A stretch of DNA of 64,000 nucleotides from NCBI GenBank assembly GCA_963666275.2, contig CAXXOA010000001.1, forward strand, positions 128,001 to 192,000, read 5' to 3'. The translations under genes were made by a program, and so were the position numbers. This document shows positions 9,237 through 19,577 of this stretch, piece by piece. The notes below the pieces were generated by a model that did no database searches, was not told the origin of the DNA, and worked only from the letters and a program-made list of their open reading frames with translations. Position 1 is the first letter of the stretch. The number at the start of each line of letters is the position of its first letter. The stretch comes from Oceanispirochaeta sp. (lineage in GTDB: Bacteria > Spirochaetota > Spirochaetia > DSM-2461).

Positions 9237-10547
9237 TTACATATTCTGGAAAATCTGGAAACCTGAGTAGGATTCCATTCCGTGTTCTTCGATGTCCAGA
9301 CCTCTCATTTCTTCTTCTACAGATACTCTCAGTCCGACAGTTTTCTTGATAATCATGAACAGAAGACCGGTAGTTACGGTAACCCATACGAATACGGCTA
9401 CAATACCCAGTGCCTGAACACCAATCTGACCGCCTCTGGAAAGACCGGATCCGATCATATCGAGATCTCCGAAGATACCTACAGCAAGGGTACCCCATAC
9501 ACCGCAGATACCATGTACAGATACAGCACCGACGGGATCGTCAATGTGGAGAACCTTGTCGATAAACTCAACAGAAGCAACAACCAGGATACCGGCTACA
9601 AGACCGATGATGATGGCAGCACCGTTTCCAACAACCCAACAACCGGCAGTAATACCAACCAGACCTGCAAGAGCACCATTCAGTGACATGGATACATCGG
9701 GTTTTCCGAAAGCAATCCAGGTAGTGAACATAGCGCCGATAGCACCGGCAGCAGCAGCCAGGGTCGTGGTTACAGCAACAGCAGTCATGCTCAGGTCAGT
9801 ACCGGAGAGGGTGGAACCGGCATTGAATCCGTACCAGCCGAACCACAGGATGAATACACCCAGGGCTGCCAGAGGCATGTTGTGTCCCATAATAGCTTTA
9901 ACAGCAACTTTTCCATTTACTTTAACATATTTACCGGTCCGGGGTCCCAGGATGATCGCTCCCATAAGACCTGCCCATGCACCGACAGAGTGAACAACAG
10001 TAGAACCGGCAAAGTCATGGAATCCCATAGCACTGAGCCATCCGCCGTTCCATATCCAGTGACCGGAAATGGGGTAGATCAGACCGGAAATTACAACAGA
10101 GTAGATCAGGTAGGATGAAAATTTTGTTCTTTCAGCCATAGCACCGGAAACAATGGTAGCAGCTGTTGCCGCAAAAACAACCTGGAAGAACCAGTTCATT
10201 GTGTCGCCACTGGCCAGGAAGAAATCACTTGTTCCGATAAAACCGCCTGCAGATTCACCGTACATAAGACCCCAACCGATTGCCCAGTAAAGGATCGCTC
10301 CTGCGGAGAAGTCCATCAGGTTTTTCATAATGATGTTTCCAGCATTTTTAGAACGGGTAAGACCGGTTTCAACCATAGCGAAACCTGCCTGCATAAAGAA
10401 TACCAGAGCTCCGCTCAGGAGCAGCCAGATTGCATCAAAGGCCGCTGAATATAAATCCAGTGAATCAGTAATTTCATCAGCATGTACGCTGACGCTTAAG
10501 AGTAAAGCGAGGATTGTGAAGATCAACATCTTCTTGCTTTTTTTCAT
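9237..10547 (-). CDS. amtB: ammonium transporter
   Basis: FFMQAGFAMVE.G, SGAMAER, DFAGSTVVH, WFGWYGFNAG, IDDPVGA.SVH, EE..GLD..EHG. Confidence 0.96.
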   Translation of the reverse strand: MKKSKKMLIFTILALLLSVSVHADEITDSLDLYSAAFDAIWLLLSGALVFFMQAGFAMVETGLTRSKNAGNIIMKNLMDFSAGAILYWAIGWGLMYGESAGGFIGTSDFFLASGDTMNWFFQVVFAATAATIVSGAMAERTKFSSYLIYSVVISGLIYPISGHWIWNGGWLSAMGFHDFAGSTVVHSVGAWAGLMGAIILGPRTGKYVKVNGKVAVKAIMGHNMPLAALGVFILWFGWYGFNAGSTLSGTDLSMTAVAVTTTLAAAAGAIGAMFTTWIAFGKPDVSMSLNGALAGLVGITAGCWVVGNGAAIIIGLVAGILVVASVEFIDKVLHIDDPVGAVSVHGICGVWGTLAVGIFGDLDMIGSGLSRGGQIGVQALGIVAVFVWVTVTTGLLFMIIKKTVGLRVSVEEEMRGLDIEEHGMESYSGFQIFQNM

Positions 10548-10586
10548 TTAGGATACCTCTCCTGTTTTGTGTTCTGCCTATACTAT

Positions 10587-10603
10587 TGCAGGAGTTGTGC
10601 CAA
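10587..10603 (-). promoter_or_regulatory. sigma54 -24/-12 promoter of amtB-glnK
   Basis: TTGGCACAACTCCTGCA (GG-N10-GC) about 40 nt upstream of ATG. Confidence 0.85.
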
Positions 10604-10664
10604 AAATAGAAAAGATGTGAAAAGGGCGGTTTAAATACATATGTATAAATGAAATAAAAAAGAT

Positions 10665-10693
10665 AAAAAAAAGGGGGCCCCCGAGGGACCCCT
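10665..10693 (-). terminator. terminator after NifA-like gene
   Basis: AGGGGTCCC-TCGG-GGGCCCCC hairpin followed by a T run on the minus strand. Confidence 0.65.
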
Positions 10694-10753
10694 GTGCAAG
10701 TGTAACTTTTTGGAAAAGTAAAAATACCAAAATGTAGTTAAAACATTCCCTGA

Positions 10754-12361
10754 TTACATATTTGTACGATAATTCTTGTAGTCTATGTCGTATTTCTTGA
10801 CCCGCAGCCCCATTATCCTTTCGGTAATGCCCAGTTTACGGGCTGCTTTTGCCATATTTCCTCTATTGGACTTCAGTGCCTCACTGATCAGTTCCTTTTC
10901 AAGATTGTCCACAGCATCCTGAAGGGTTGTATGAAAGCCCGTATTGGAAGATTCCGCCGATTGAAGGCTGGGAGGAAGATGGTAGGCATGGATCACCTGG
11001 TCTGTACTGAGCAGGGCCGCCCGTTCAATACAGTTTTCCAATTCCCTTACGTTTCCGGGCCAGTGATAGCTCATGATAAGGTCGATGGCGGAACTGGAAA
11101 TCCTTCTGATATGTTTCCTGTTTTTCTTGCTGTACTTTTCGGTAAAAAAATCTGCCAGGAGCATCAGATCAGTTTTTCTTTCTCTGAGAGGGGGTATGTG
11201 TATGGGAAATACATTGAGTCTGTAGTACAGATCTTCCCTGAATGTATTGGCGATGATTTCCTCTTCCAGGTTCCTGTTGGTAGCGGCGATCACTCTTACA
11301 TTAATCTTTATGGTCTCTGAACCGCCGACCCGTTCAATCTCTCTTTCCTGAAGCACCCTCAGGAGTTTCACCTGGGTCATGGGTGTGAGTTCTCCGATTT
11401 CATCCAGAAAGATTGTTCCGCCGTCGGCCATTTCAAACCGTCCTTTCCGGGTGCTCATGGCACCGGTAAAGGCCCCTTTCTCATGTCCGAAGAGTTCGCT
11501 CTCAATTACACTTTCAGGAAGAGCCGCGCAGTTTACCTTTATAAAGGGTTTTTCCGCTCTCAGGCTGTTATAGTGAATCGCGTGAGCCACAAGTTCCTTT
11601 CCGGTTCCGCTTTCTCCTCTGATCAGTACAGTGGCTTCACTTCCCGAAACCTGGGATATAAGATCGAAGACTTCCTGCATGGCCGGTGAATTTCCCACCA
11701 TATTGTCGGGCTGGAATTTATCACGTAATTCCTGCTGCAGGCGGGAGTTCTCCTCCAGAAGCTTCATCTTTTCCTCTTCTGACCGCTGCCGGAGCTTTAC
11801 CGCCCGGGCGATCATACTGGAAACAATAGTCAGCAGCCTCACATCATCATCCAGGTCCATTTCCGCTTTCTGATGAGGACGGTCAACACTGAATGTACCG
11901 ATCACTTCGTTTCCGCTTTTAATGGGAACGCAGATGAAGGAGGTTTTCCTGTTCCGCCTGGCACCTGTTCTGTCCAGAAAGGAGGGTTCATTTTCTATGT
12001 TGGGGATAATCCGTGGCTGACCTGTCTCTACGACTTTACCCGTGATACCCTCACCGATTTTATAGCGCCCTTTCTGCATTTCCGAATCGGAAAGACCATA
12101 GGCCGCTTCAATGGAAAGCTCTCCTGTCTTCCGGTTCAGAAGGGTGATCGTACCCCTTTCCATACCGATGTTTTCAGCCATGGATTCAAGAAGGGGGTAG
12201 GTTACTTCTTTCAGGTCGATATCTTCGTCCAGGATCTGGCTGATTTCGAATAAAAGAGTGAGCTCTTTGATTTTTCTTCTGTAGTGCTTTGAGTTTAATG
12301 CTTCGGACATAGATGGATCATACATTTCTGTAGGAACCTGTGCAAGGGAAAAATGGTACAT
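10754..12361 (-). CDS. NifA-like sigma54 enhancer-binding protein (GAF-AAA+-HTH)
   Basis: GAF with GEGITGKV, Walker [30 protein letters not shown], Fis HTH; start may be 12325 or 12310. Confidence 0.92.
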   Translation of the reverse strand: MYHFSLAQVPTEMYDPSMSEALNSKHYRRKIKELTLLFEISQILDEDIDLKEVTYPLLESMAENIGMERGTITLLNRKTGELSIEAAYGLSDSEMQKGRYKIGEGITGKVVETGQPRIIPNIENEPSFLDRTGARRNRKTSFICVPIKSGNEVIGTFSVDRPHQKAEMDLDDDVRLLTIVSSMIARAVKLRQRSEEEKMKLLEENSRLQQELRDKFQPDNMVGNSPAMQEVFDLISQVSGSEATVLIRGESGTGKELVAHAIHYNSLRAEKPFIKVNCAALPESVIESELFGHEKGAFTGAMSTRKGRFEMADGGTIFLDEIGELTPMTQVKLLRVLQEREIERVGGSETIKINVRVIAATNRNLEEEIIANTFREDLYYRLNVFPIHIPPLRERKTDLMLLADFFTEKYSKKNRKHIRRISSSAIDLIMSYHWPGNVRELENCIERAALLSTDQVIHAYHLPPSLQSAESSNTGFHTTLQDAVDNLEKELISEALKSNRGNMAKAARKLGITERIMGLRVKKYDIDYKNYRTNM

Positions 12362-12369
12362 TTGCGTAA

Positions 12370-13131
12370 TTAATAGGCTTCAAAGAGAAAAAAAGGACGG
12401 AAATGTGAAAAAAGAGCCTTTTCGGAGAGAAGAATGGAGGCCAGAAACAGCAGCAGGGTGACAAAATATATCATATCCCTCCGGCAACTCCGGTTTTCGG
12501 GAGGCGTAGCCTCTTCGGAGAAAAGCCTGCTCTCCATGGCATCCGAAAGATCCTCAGCTTTAACAAGGATTCCCTCCAGAAGCGGCGTCCCCAGAAGAAT
12601 CATATTCCTGACCGGGTTTTTCCGGTTCTGACCGCAGCGGGAGTGCATGGCTTCCCGTATTTCTCCTATCTGATCAATGATGAGCGGAATCATAGTGAGG
12701 GTCAAACCCAGGGTTGTACTGATATTCCGGACAGGAAGAAAGGGGATATATTTCAGGATATGATAGACTCCGGAACTGATGGAGAGCGGATCTGTTGTAT
12801 AGGTGAAAATCAGTGCTGCCCAGAGAATAAAGAAGAACCTGGCCGTTTTTGCGGCTCCATTGAGCCAGGATCCGGTTCCCAGACGGTTGAAAATAAGAAT
12901 AATCAGTCCCATGAAAAAGAAGAAAGCCCCTTCCTTCAGAAATGGTCTGATTCTCATGGCTGAACTTCTGTGAAGATAGACAAAAAGCGGGAGCAGGACG
13001 AAAAGACGGTAAAAGCTGACAGGAAGCAGAATCAGGCTGATTCCAAGGAGACCCGCCAGTTTCAGGGGCACAGACATTCTGTGTATCCGGCTGCTGCCAT
13101 GCTGATAGTGAAAAATCAGGGTTTCAGCCAT
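12370..13131 (-). CDS. ECF transporter T component (BioN-like)
   Basis: S.IHR, hydrophobic, AMHSR/AMESR coupling motifs; in operon with bioY. Confidence 0.85.
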   Translation of the reverse strand: MAETLIFHYQHGSSRIHRMSVPLKLAGLLGISLILLPVSFYRLFVLLPLFVYLHRSSAMRIRPFLKEGAFFFFMGLIILIFNRLGTGSWLNGAAKTARFFFILWAALIFTYTTDPLSISSGVYHILKYIPFLPVRNISTTLGLTLTMIPLIIDQIGEIREAMHSRCGQNRKNPVRNMILLGTPLLEGILVKAEDLSDAMESRLFSEEATPPENRSCRRDMIYFVTLLLFLASILLSEKALFSHFRPFFLFEAY

Positions 13132-13862
13132 GTCATACTCTCAAGGGTGCGCTCTTTTCCCCAGGGACGGCGGATGCCGTAGTCTTCAAGCCGGTCCAGC
13201 AGGGATTCGGGTTTGCCAATGGCACAGATTTCTCCCCGGTTGAGAATGACAAGCTGTGTCGCATGGGCCAGAACTTTTTCAAGGTCGTGGGAGATCAGTA
13301 TGATTGTCCTCCCTTTTCTGTGGAGCGAGACGATATCCTTGAGAATTTCCTGTACACCCGGATAGTCCAGGCCTGTAAAAGGTTCATCCAGAACAATAAT
13401 ACTGGGATCCATGATCAGCACTGCCGCCAGGACCGCCCGACGCTTCTCTCCTCCCGAAAGGGTGTGAGGGCGGCGGTCTTTCAGATGAGTCAGACCCAGT
13501 TCTTCTGTTATTTCGGCTGTCTTTCTTTTGATTGTCTCCCGGGGCCACTTCAGGTTTTCCGGGCCGAAGGCAATATCCGAAGAAACTGTCTGTCCTACGA
13601 TCTGGGCATCCGCATTCTGGAACACCAGGCCGATATTCTGACGGGCTCTGTTCAGGTCCTTATGGATATCCTCTCCCCGGAAGAGAACCTCTCCCTCCTG
13701 GGGTTTTATCAGGCCGTTCAGGTGGCGCATTAGCTGTGTTTTGCCCGAACCGTTCGGTCCGGCAATGACAGTGAATGAACCATCGGGGAATGTTACATTC
13801 ACATCGTTGAGAACTTTTTCGCCTTCCCGGTAGCTTCGACTGAGGCCTCTGACTTCCAGCAT
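13116..13862 (-). CDS. ECF transporter ATPase (BioM-like)
   Basis: GPNGSGKT, VFQNAD.Q, LSGGEKRR, LDEP. Confidence 0.9.
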   Translation of the reverse strand: MLEVRGLSRSYREGEKVLNDVNVTFPDGSFTVIAGPNGSGKTQLMRHLNGLIKPQEGEVLFRGEDIHKDLNRARQNIGLVFQNADAQIVGQTVSSDIAFGPENLKWPRETIKRKTAEITEELGLTHLKDRRPHTLSGGEKRRAVLAAVLIMDPSIIVLDEPFTGLDYPGVQEILKDIVSLHRKGRTIILISHDLEKVLAHATQLVILNRGEICAIGKPESLLDRLEDYGIRRPWGKERTLESMTWLKP

Positions 13863-13866
13863 GGGT

Positions 13867-14424
13867 TTATTCCGCCTCCAGGAACATCCGGAATCTCTCT
13901 TTCATGGTAAATCCCAGGGCAGCGGCGGCTGCGGCTTTCAGGATATCTCCCGGGATAAAGGGAATCAAACCGATCTGCAGGGCCCTGGTCCACTCCATGG
14001 AAAGTGAGTATTTGAGCCAGGGGAGTCCGGGGATATACACCATGACCGCCCCGATCAGTGCGGCTGCCGCCACCAGAATCCCTTTGAGGGCTAAGGGTGT
14101 TTTTTTGCTGCTTCTGTAGAGAAGACCCGCTGTGACTGAGGCGAGGAGATAGCCTATCAGGTACCCTCCTGTAGGTCCGGCAAGGACCGCAAACCCTCCG
14201 GCTCCTCCCGCAAAAACTGGAAGTCCCAGGACTCCCAGCAGAAGATACATGCCCACACTGTAAAGACCGATCAGTGCCCCGCCTAGGAGGCCGCTCAAAA
14301 GGACAAAAAAGGTGGTCAGTACAATAGGTACGGGCCCGATGGGAATAGCGATGTAGGCTCCCGCGGCAATCAGGGCTGTGAACACAGCGGTCAGGACTGT
14401 TGTTCTTATCTGTTTTTTATTCAT
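13867..14424 (-). CDS. bioY: biotin transporter S component
   Basis: IPIGPVPI.L, GLPVFAGG.GG...L.GPTGGYLIG, PFIPGD..K. Confidence 0.93.
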   Translation of the reverse strand: MNKKQIRTTVLTAVFTALIAAGAYIAIPIGPVPIVLTTFFVLLSGLLGGALIGLYSVGMYLLLGVLGLPVFAGGAGGFAVLAGPTGGYLIGYLLASVTAGLLYRSSKKTPLALKGILVAAAALIGAVMVYIPGLPWLKYSLSMEWTRALQIGLIPFIPGDILKAAAAAALGFTMKERFRMFLEAE

Positions 14425-15230
14425 ACAGTTCTCTCCATTTTTTTCTGTATTTTCTCTTTTACCGTTTCCGGTGGAAGCTTCAGTATTTCTTCCCAGATCT
14501 CACTGAACCGTCTGATAAACTCCTTCCGGAGGATCTTCCGGCCGGTGAGATCTGAAATTGAGAAGAGCGGCGGCTGTTCAGATTCCACTGCGGCAGGCCC
14601 GTTGTCATTCAGGTGGATTCCTATTCCCAGTATGTACCAGAGGATTCCTTTTCCCCGTACCCTGTAGTCTTCCAGAATCCCCCCCACTTTTTTTCCTTTC
14701 AGGAGGATATCCCCGGGAGGACAAAAGCTGAGGCCTTCCATCCCGCAGGCTTCCAGAGTTTCAAGGGCAGCCATGGCTCCCCTCAGGGGAATTATCTCAG
14801 CCTCTGAAAGGGGCAGGGCTCTGTTCAGAACACAGGACATATAGATGCCTCCTTCCGGAGAAGACCAGTTGTCACCGGTCCTGTTTTTACCGGCCATCTG
14901 ATGATCCGCCAGAATAATATAGTCTCTGCTGTTCTCTTCTCCCTGAAGAATCTTACGGCCTGCCTCATCCATCGTGGATTCAAGCTCCCTGTAGAAATGG
15001 ATTTTCTCATCCTTATAAAAATCCAGGGCAGAGAGATTGTCTTTGACCCCTGCAATCCGGTAGCCTCTGGGACCGGACTGTATCGGGTACCCTTCCTCCC
15101 TGAGAATTTTGATATGTTTCCAGACTGCTACCCGGCTTATCCCGATCCGACCGCTCAAAGACTCTCCCGAGACCCAGCCGTCTGTTTTCTGCAGAGCAGT
15201 CAGTACGGATGATCTTTTATTGTTAACCAT
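14421..15230 (-). CDS. birA: BirA-like HTH + biotin-protein ligase domain (degenerate motifs)
   Basis: SGE.L...GISRVAVWKHI..LR..GY HTH; STMD, KVGGIL, GIGIHLN; GRGR and KWPND motifs altered. Confidence 0.8.
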   Translation of the reverse strand: MVNNKRSSVLTALQKTDGWVSGESLSGRIGISRVAVWKHIKILREEGYPIQSGPRGYRIAGVKDNLSALDFYKDEKIHFYRELESTMDEAGRKILQGEENSRDYIILADHQMAGKNRTGDNWSSPEGGIYMSCVLNRALPLSEAEIIPLRGAMAALETLEACGMEGLSFCPPGDILLKGKKVGGILEDYRVRGKGILWYILGIGIHLNDNGPAAVESEQPPLFSISDLTGRKILRKEFIRRFSEIWEEILKLPPETVKEKIQKKMERTV

Positions 15231-15251
15231 CTATGAATCAGAAGGTTAACG
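15221..15251. promoter_or_regulatory. BirA operator
   Basis: TGTTAACC-N15-GGTTAACG inverted repeat resembling the BirA box, overlapping the birA start codon and a putative -10. Confidence 0.8.
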
Positions 15252-15315
15252 AAGGAGGCAAAAAAAATCAAGACTTCCCGGGAAATACGCGGAATTTTCC
15301 CGGGGGAGTCCTGCA

Positions 15316-17154
15316 TTAATCGCCGATTTTAAAGCTGTCGATCATCTCAGCCAGTTTTTCAATCCCTTTGCTGTTCTCCTCGCTCAGATGATGGACATCC
15401 TGCATGGATTCCATTATCTCCCGGGATCCCAGGCCTATCTCATTGATGCTTCCCGAAACATTGTGTGTTACATCCCTGATTGTTTTTATTGATTTTTTAA
15501 TTGTTCCCGAACTCCGGGTAATCTCTTCGGAGGATCCTTTGATATTCATGGTTACGCTGTTGAGCTGTTCCGACGAGTGGACAATTTCATTACTGGATGC
15601 GGAGAGTTCCTCCATGCTCCGGTTTATCTCATTCAATGCTCCAGTTAGATCGTTAAGACCTGCCGACATCTCCCTGACTGCTGAGTAGCTGTCAGAACTG
15701 GCACTCATGGCCGTTTCAATCTCCTGGGAGATTGTCTTGAGAGTGCTGTCAATCTGATAGGCGTTCTGTGACGTGGATTCTGCCAGGGTTCGAATCTCTT
15801 CGGCCACCACGGCAAATCCCTTGCCGGCTTCTCCCGCATGGGCGCTTTCGATGGCCGCATTCATGGAAAGAATATTTGTCTGGTCGGAAATATCGTTGAT
15901 GATCTTTGTAATTTCCATAATGCTTTTCACGCTTTTGGATACTTTTTCAATGATCCTGTGGGATTCCTGTACTTTTTCCTCCCCTTCGCTAAGGTTTTCC
16001 AGGAGGCGGGAGGAACTTTCTTTTCCCCGTCCGGTCAGGCTGGTGACATTGTTTACAGACGATGAGATCTGATGAATTGCCGCAAGGTTGGATTCAAAGT
16101 GTTTGAACTGGGCCCTTATATTTTCATCAAGCTGTTCTATCTGAAGAGAAATCTGACTGATCGATGTATCTGTTTTGTCAGAATCGCTCTGGAGAGATTC
16201 TATGAGCCGTTCCAGGCTTGCTATATTCCGGGTTATTTCCTCAAGAGCTGCCAGAGACTGGGCTGTTCCCGATGCCAGAGACTCTTTCAGGTTTCTGGTC
16301 TGATCGGAAACTGTCATAACCTCCCTGACAAAGAGAGTCAGTGAGGAGGATACATTATTCATATTCCGCCCCAGTTCCCGGATCTCATAGCTGCCTTTCA
16401 GATCTGTCTGTATAGAGAGATCCTTACGGGAGAGACTGTTCATGGACTCAACCAGATTGTTCATGCTTCCTGTTATCTTCCTGCTGAAAATCAGTATGTA
16501 AATAATGGAAATAACTGTTATAAGAGCTATCTGAAGGATCATCTGGAGCATGGTGATCCGGTAATGGAATTCTGTATATTCAATAATCGTCCCTTCCAGG
16601 GTCCGCAGATTGCCGTTGATAGTGGAAACCCACTGTCCGGCTTCTTTTATGGCTGTCTCCAGACTGTTTAAATTGTCTTTCCATCGGGGGATCTCAGAGT
16701 CTTTGTGGCTGTTGAAGAAACGGAATATCCCGCTGTATCCCAGAAGCGACAGAAATTCACTGTCCTGGAGCATCTGCTCCATGGCTGATTCCACCGGGGG
16801 GAGATAGGTTTCCGACATACCTGCTGCACTCAGGAAAGAGGAGATGGATCTTTCCACGCTGTCTGTAAGGTTCAAAGAGTCCGCCTGATCAGCCAGATCG
16901 GATATTCTGAGATTAAAATCTTCGACAGCCGAATTCCAGTCTCTCCGAAGGGTTTCCAGCTGGTTCCGTTCCACAAGGATGCTTAAAGTCCGGCTTTCCA
17001 GATTATTGCTGCTTGATGTTGCCAGGGTGGTCATCTGCATCAGTTTCTGTACTTCCCTTAGCGTGCCGAGCTGGAGAAATATCAGGGAGAAAGATATTGT
17101 AAAAAGCAGAATCACAATTAGTGTATTCAGTAATAATTGCGTTTTCAGTTTCAT
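15316..17154 (-). CDS. methyl-accepting chemotaxis protein
   Basis: Two TMs, [37 protein letters not shown]. Confidence 0.93.
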   Translation of the reverse strand: MKLKTQLLLNTLIVILLFTISFSLIFLQLGTLREVQKLMQMTTLATSSSNNLESRTLSILVERNQLETLRRDWNSAVEDFNLRISDLADQADSLNLTDSVERSISSFLSAAGMSETYLPPVESAMEQMLQDSEFLSLLGYSGIFRFFNSHKDSEIPRWKDNLNSLETAIKEAGQWVSTINGNLRTLEGTIIEYTEFHYRITMLQMILQIALITVISIIYILIFSRKITGSMNNLVESMNSLSRKDLSIQTDLKGSYEIRELGRNMNNVSSSLTLFVREVMTVSDQTRNLKESLASGTAQSLAALEEITRNIASLERLIESLQSDSDKTDTSISQISLQIEQLDENIRAQFKHFESNLAAIHQISSSVNNVTSLTGRGKESSSRLLENLSEGEEKVQESHRIIEKVSKSVKSIMEITKIINDISDQTNILSMNAAIESAHAGEAGKGFAVVAEEIRTLAESTSQNAYQIDSTLKTISQEIETAMSASSDSYSAVREMSAGLNDLTGALNEINRSMEELSASSNEIVHSSEQLNSVTMNIKGSSEEITRSSGTIKKSIKTIRDVTHNVSGSINEIGLGSREIMESMQDVHHLSEENSKGIEKLAEMIDSFKIGD

Positions 17155-17464
17155 TTCAGTACCTGTATTATGATTTTTGTAATGATTCTTATCCTAGATG
17201 AGGTTTTATTATGTGTAAACGTAAAAAATTTGAAATAGGAAAAAATGCTTCAATAAATGAAAGAAATCATGACCTTTTTGTACAATAAGGTATAAAGAGC
17301 ATTTTCAGAAGGATGCTTCTCCCACACATTTTCTGTTTTTTGGCACTTATTAGATTATGAACTATCCTTGAATTCACAGGAGCTTCTGTGGTTCACAGTG
17401 TAAAACTTTGATAAATTCTTTAAAAAAATATCACTTTTAGTTCTAAAAGGTGTTACAGGTTTAT

Positions 17465-18667
17465 ATGAAAAAAATACGTGTTATTACAGTTTGTCTTTTC
17501 TTTCTCTCTTTTGCCCTGAATGCGGAAGTCCTGCGGGAACTTCAGGTGGAGGGACTGAATAAAACCAGGATCTCTACTGTGAAGGGGATCATCGGTTATG
17601 ATATCGGGGACCAGATCGATAAGGCCGGGAAAGAGGATATCCGGCAGAATCTCCTGAAGTCGGGACTCTTTATAAATGAAACAATTAAGGTGGATCTTAC
17701 AACAAGCGGTGACGATGCCTATCTGAGAATATCTCTTCATGACAGGATCACCCTTCTGCCCATTCCCATAGCCAGTGTGAGCGACGGCAGCTACAGCGGA
17801 GGCCTTTTTGTCATGGACAGGAATTTTCTGGGGCTGGGGCATCAGCTGTTTGCCGGGGGGATGATCAGTTCGGATGACAGAATGTTTATGCTGGGCTACA
17901 CAAATCCCTCGCTGAAAAGGAGTGCTTTTCAGGCGGGAGGCAGTATGAGTGCTTTTATGGCGGATGAAACAGTGACAGATATCAGCGGAAAGGATGATCT
18001 GGCCGAATATGAATACCAGACTGTGAGCGGAGGGATCTCTGCCGGCTGGGAATCCGGTTCCATACGCCTGGGGCTGCAGTCCAGGGTGTATTTTCTGGAT
18101 GTTTCTTTTTCCGATCAGGATGCTTTTGTGTTTCATCCCGAAGTATCAGCGGAATACAGCAACTTATATTATGATACCTACTTCGATAGGGGTGTGAAAG
18201 CGTCGCTCTCCTATGGGATTGACAGCTATACGGATGTATTTGATTTTACCCAGACGGCAGAGGCTCAAATCTCCTACCATCACCTGCTGCATCCGAAATG
18301 GCAGGTTCAGTTCAATGGAGATATGGCAATTTCAGAAGGAGATCCTCTTCAGTCTCTCTCCCTGGGCCAGGGCTCCTGCGGCTCCATTCTTCCTGATACT
18401 GTTCTGGCTGACCGGTTTGTACAGGGAAATCTCAAGCTGATGTATGCGGCTCTGGATTTTTCCTGGGGATACATTGCCGTTCCTATGGCCTATCAGGTGG
18501 GGATCCTGGATGGGATGAGCGGAGACAATGCGTTCTATCACGGGCCTTCAGCAGGAGTGTCTCTCTATCTGAAAAAGGTTGCGATTCCGGCTATGTCCAT
18601 TCAGTATGCTTCAAATATAGAGACAGGGAAGGGGCTTTTTTCCTTCAGTATAGGAATGGAGATGTAA
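17465..18667 (+). CDS. single-POTRA outer-membrane beta-barrel protein (Omp85-like)
   Basis: Signal peptide, V.GL.KTR...L..SGLF POTRA-like segment, DRNFLGLGH, alternating beta-strand pattern, C-terminal FSFSIGMEM. Confidence 0.7.
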   Translation: MKKIRVITVCLFFLSFALNAEVLRELQVEGLNKTRISTVKGIIGYDIGDQIDKAGKEDIRQNLLKSGLFINETIKVDLTTSGDDAYLRISLHDRITLLPIPIASVSDGSYSGGLFVMDRNFLGLGHQLFAGGMISSDDRMFMLGYTNPSLKRSAFQAGGSMSAFMADETVTDISGKDDLAEYEYQTVSGGISAGWESGSIRLGLQSRVYFLDVSFSDQDAFVFHPEVSAEYSNLYYDTYFDRGVKASLSYGIDSYTDVFDFTQTAEAQISYHHLLHPKWQVQFNGDMAISEGDPLQSLSLGQGSCGSILPDTVLADRFVQGNLKLMYAALDFSWGYIAVPMAYQVGILDGMSGDNAFYHGPSAGVSLYLKKVAIPAMSIQYASNIETGKGLFSFSIGMEM

Positions 18668-18696
18668 TTTTCCTTTCTAGTTGTGTATGAAAAAGA

Positions 18697-19131
18697 GGTT
18701 ATAAAAGCTAAAGGGACCCTTGCGGATCCCTTTGGTTTTCTCTTTTTAGCAGGGGTAGGACTCCTGTCCAGTCATTGGATCGTGCCGATTCCTTCCCAGC
18801 CGGCTTCATAGACTAAATCGACGTCCTGTCGATTTGCGCTCCAGGTATTCGCGCCGTCTATTCCGCTTCGAGTCCTACCCCGTAAATTGGTTATAAAAGC
18901 TAAAGGGACCCTTGCGGATCCCTTTGGTTTTTTCTTTTTAGCAGGGGTAGGACTCCTGTCCAGTCATCGGCATCGTGCCGATTCCTTCCCAGCCGGCTTC
19001 ATAGACTAAATCGACGTCCTGTCGATTTGCGCTCCAGGTATTCGCGCCGTCTATTCCGCTTCGAGTCCTACCCCGTAAATTGGTTATAAAAGCTAAAGGG
19101 ACCCTTGCGGATCCCTTTGGTTTTTTCTTTT
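18697..19131 (-). repeat. tandem tRNA-linked repeat array A (2 units of 192-193 bp, 3 terminator copies)
   Basis: GGTTATAAAAGCTAAAGGG recurs at 18697, 18889, 19082; each unit has the tRNA-Met 3' 17 nt and an inverted 15-nt copy. Confidence 0.95.
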
Positions 19132-19204
19132 TAGCAGGGGTAGGACTCGAACCTACGGCCTTCGGGTTATGAGCCCGACGAGCTGCCAACTGCTCCACCC
19201 TGCG
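19132..19204 (-). tRNA. initiator tRNA-fMet(CAT), copy 1
   Basis: CGCAGGGTGGAGCAGTTGG...GGG-CTCATAA-CCC...GGTTCGAGTCC; unpaired C1 and 3 G-C pairs in the anticodon stem; own TTGACG/TATATT promoter. Confidence 0.97.
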
Positions 19205-19577
19205 TCGTGTGTCACATGAATATATAGATAATAGGAATTCTCGTCAAGAGAAAGTTTGAAAAAAGTTTTTTCTGCTGATGAAAGAGAGATCTAAATGCAT
19301 ATTCAGATTAAAATTAAACAATAAAAAAAGTGCGACTCCCCTGCTTCAGGAAAGTGCACTGATTCTGTTCTGTGAAGACAGATTACTTGACTATCGTATC
19401 AACATACAGTCTGTGGAGGCATTGTTGCTTTCATCATCATTCATATCATCATTCTCTGAAAACACATGGGTGTCATAAGAAACAAGATTCCCATCTTCAA
19501 AATAATTATTTTTGCTGTTATGTGATGATGAAGAAAAACCCCGGTCCCTGAACGGAGCCGAAGGGCTCTCTGTTTTT

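Noticed and set aside
10754..12361. Nitrogen fixation cluster / nifA symbol
   Set aside because: No nif structural genes or TGT-N10-ACA sites were found here; only the domain architecture matches
17340..17357. sigma54 promoter upstream of the POTRA gene
   Set aside because: TTGGCAC -24 is present but there is no GC at the -12 position
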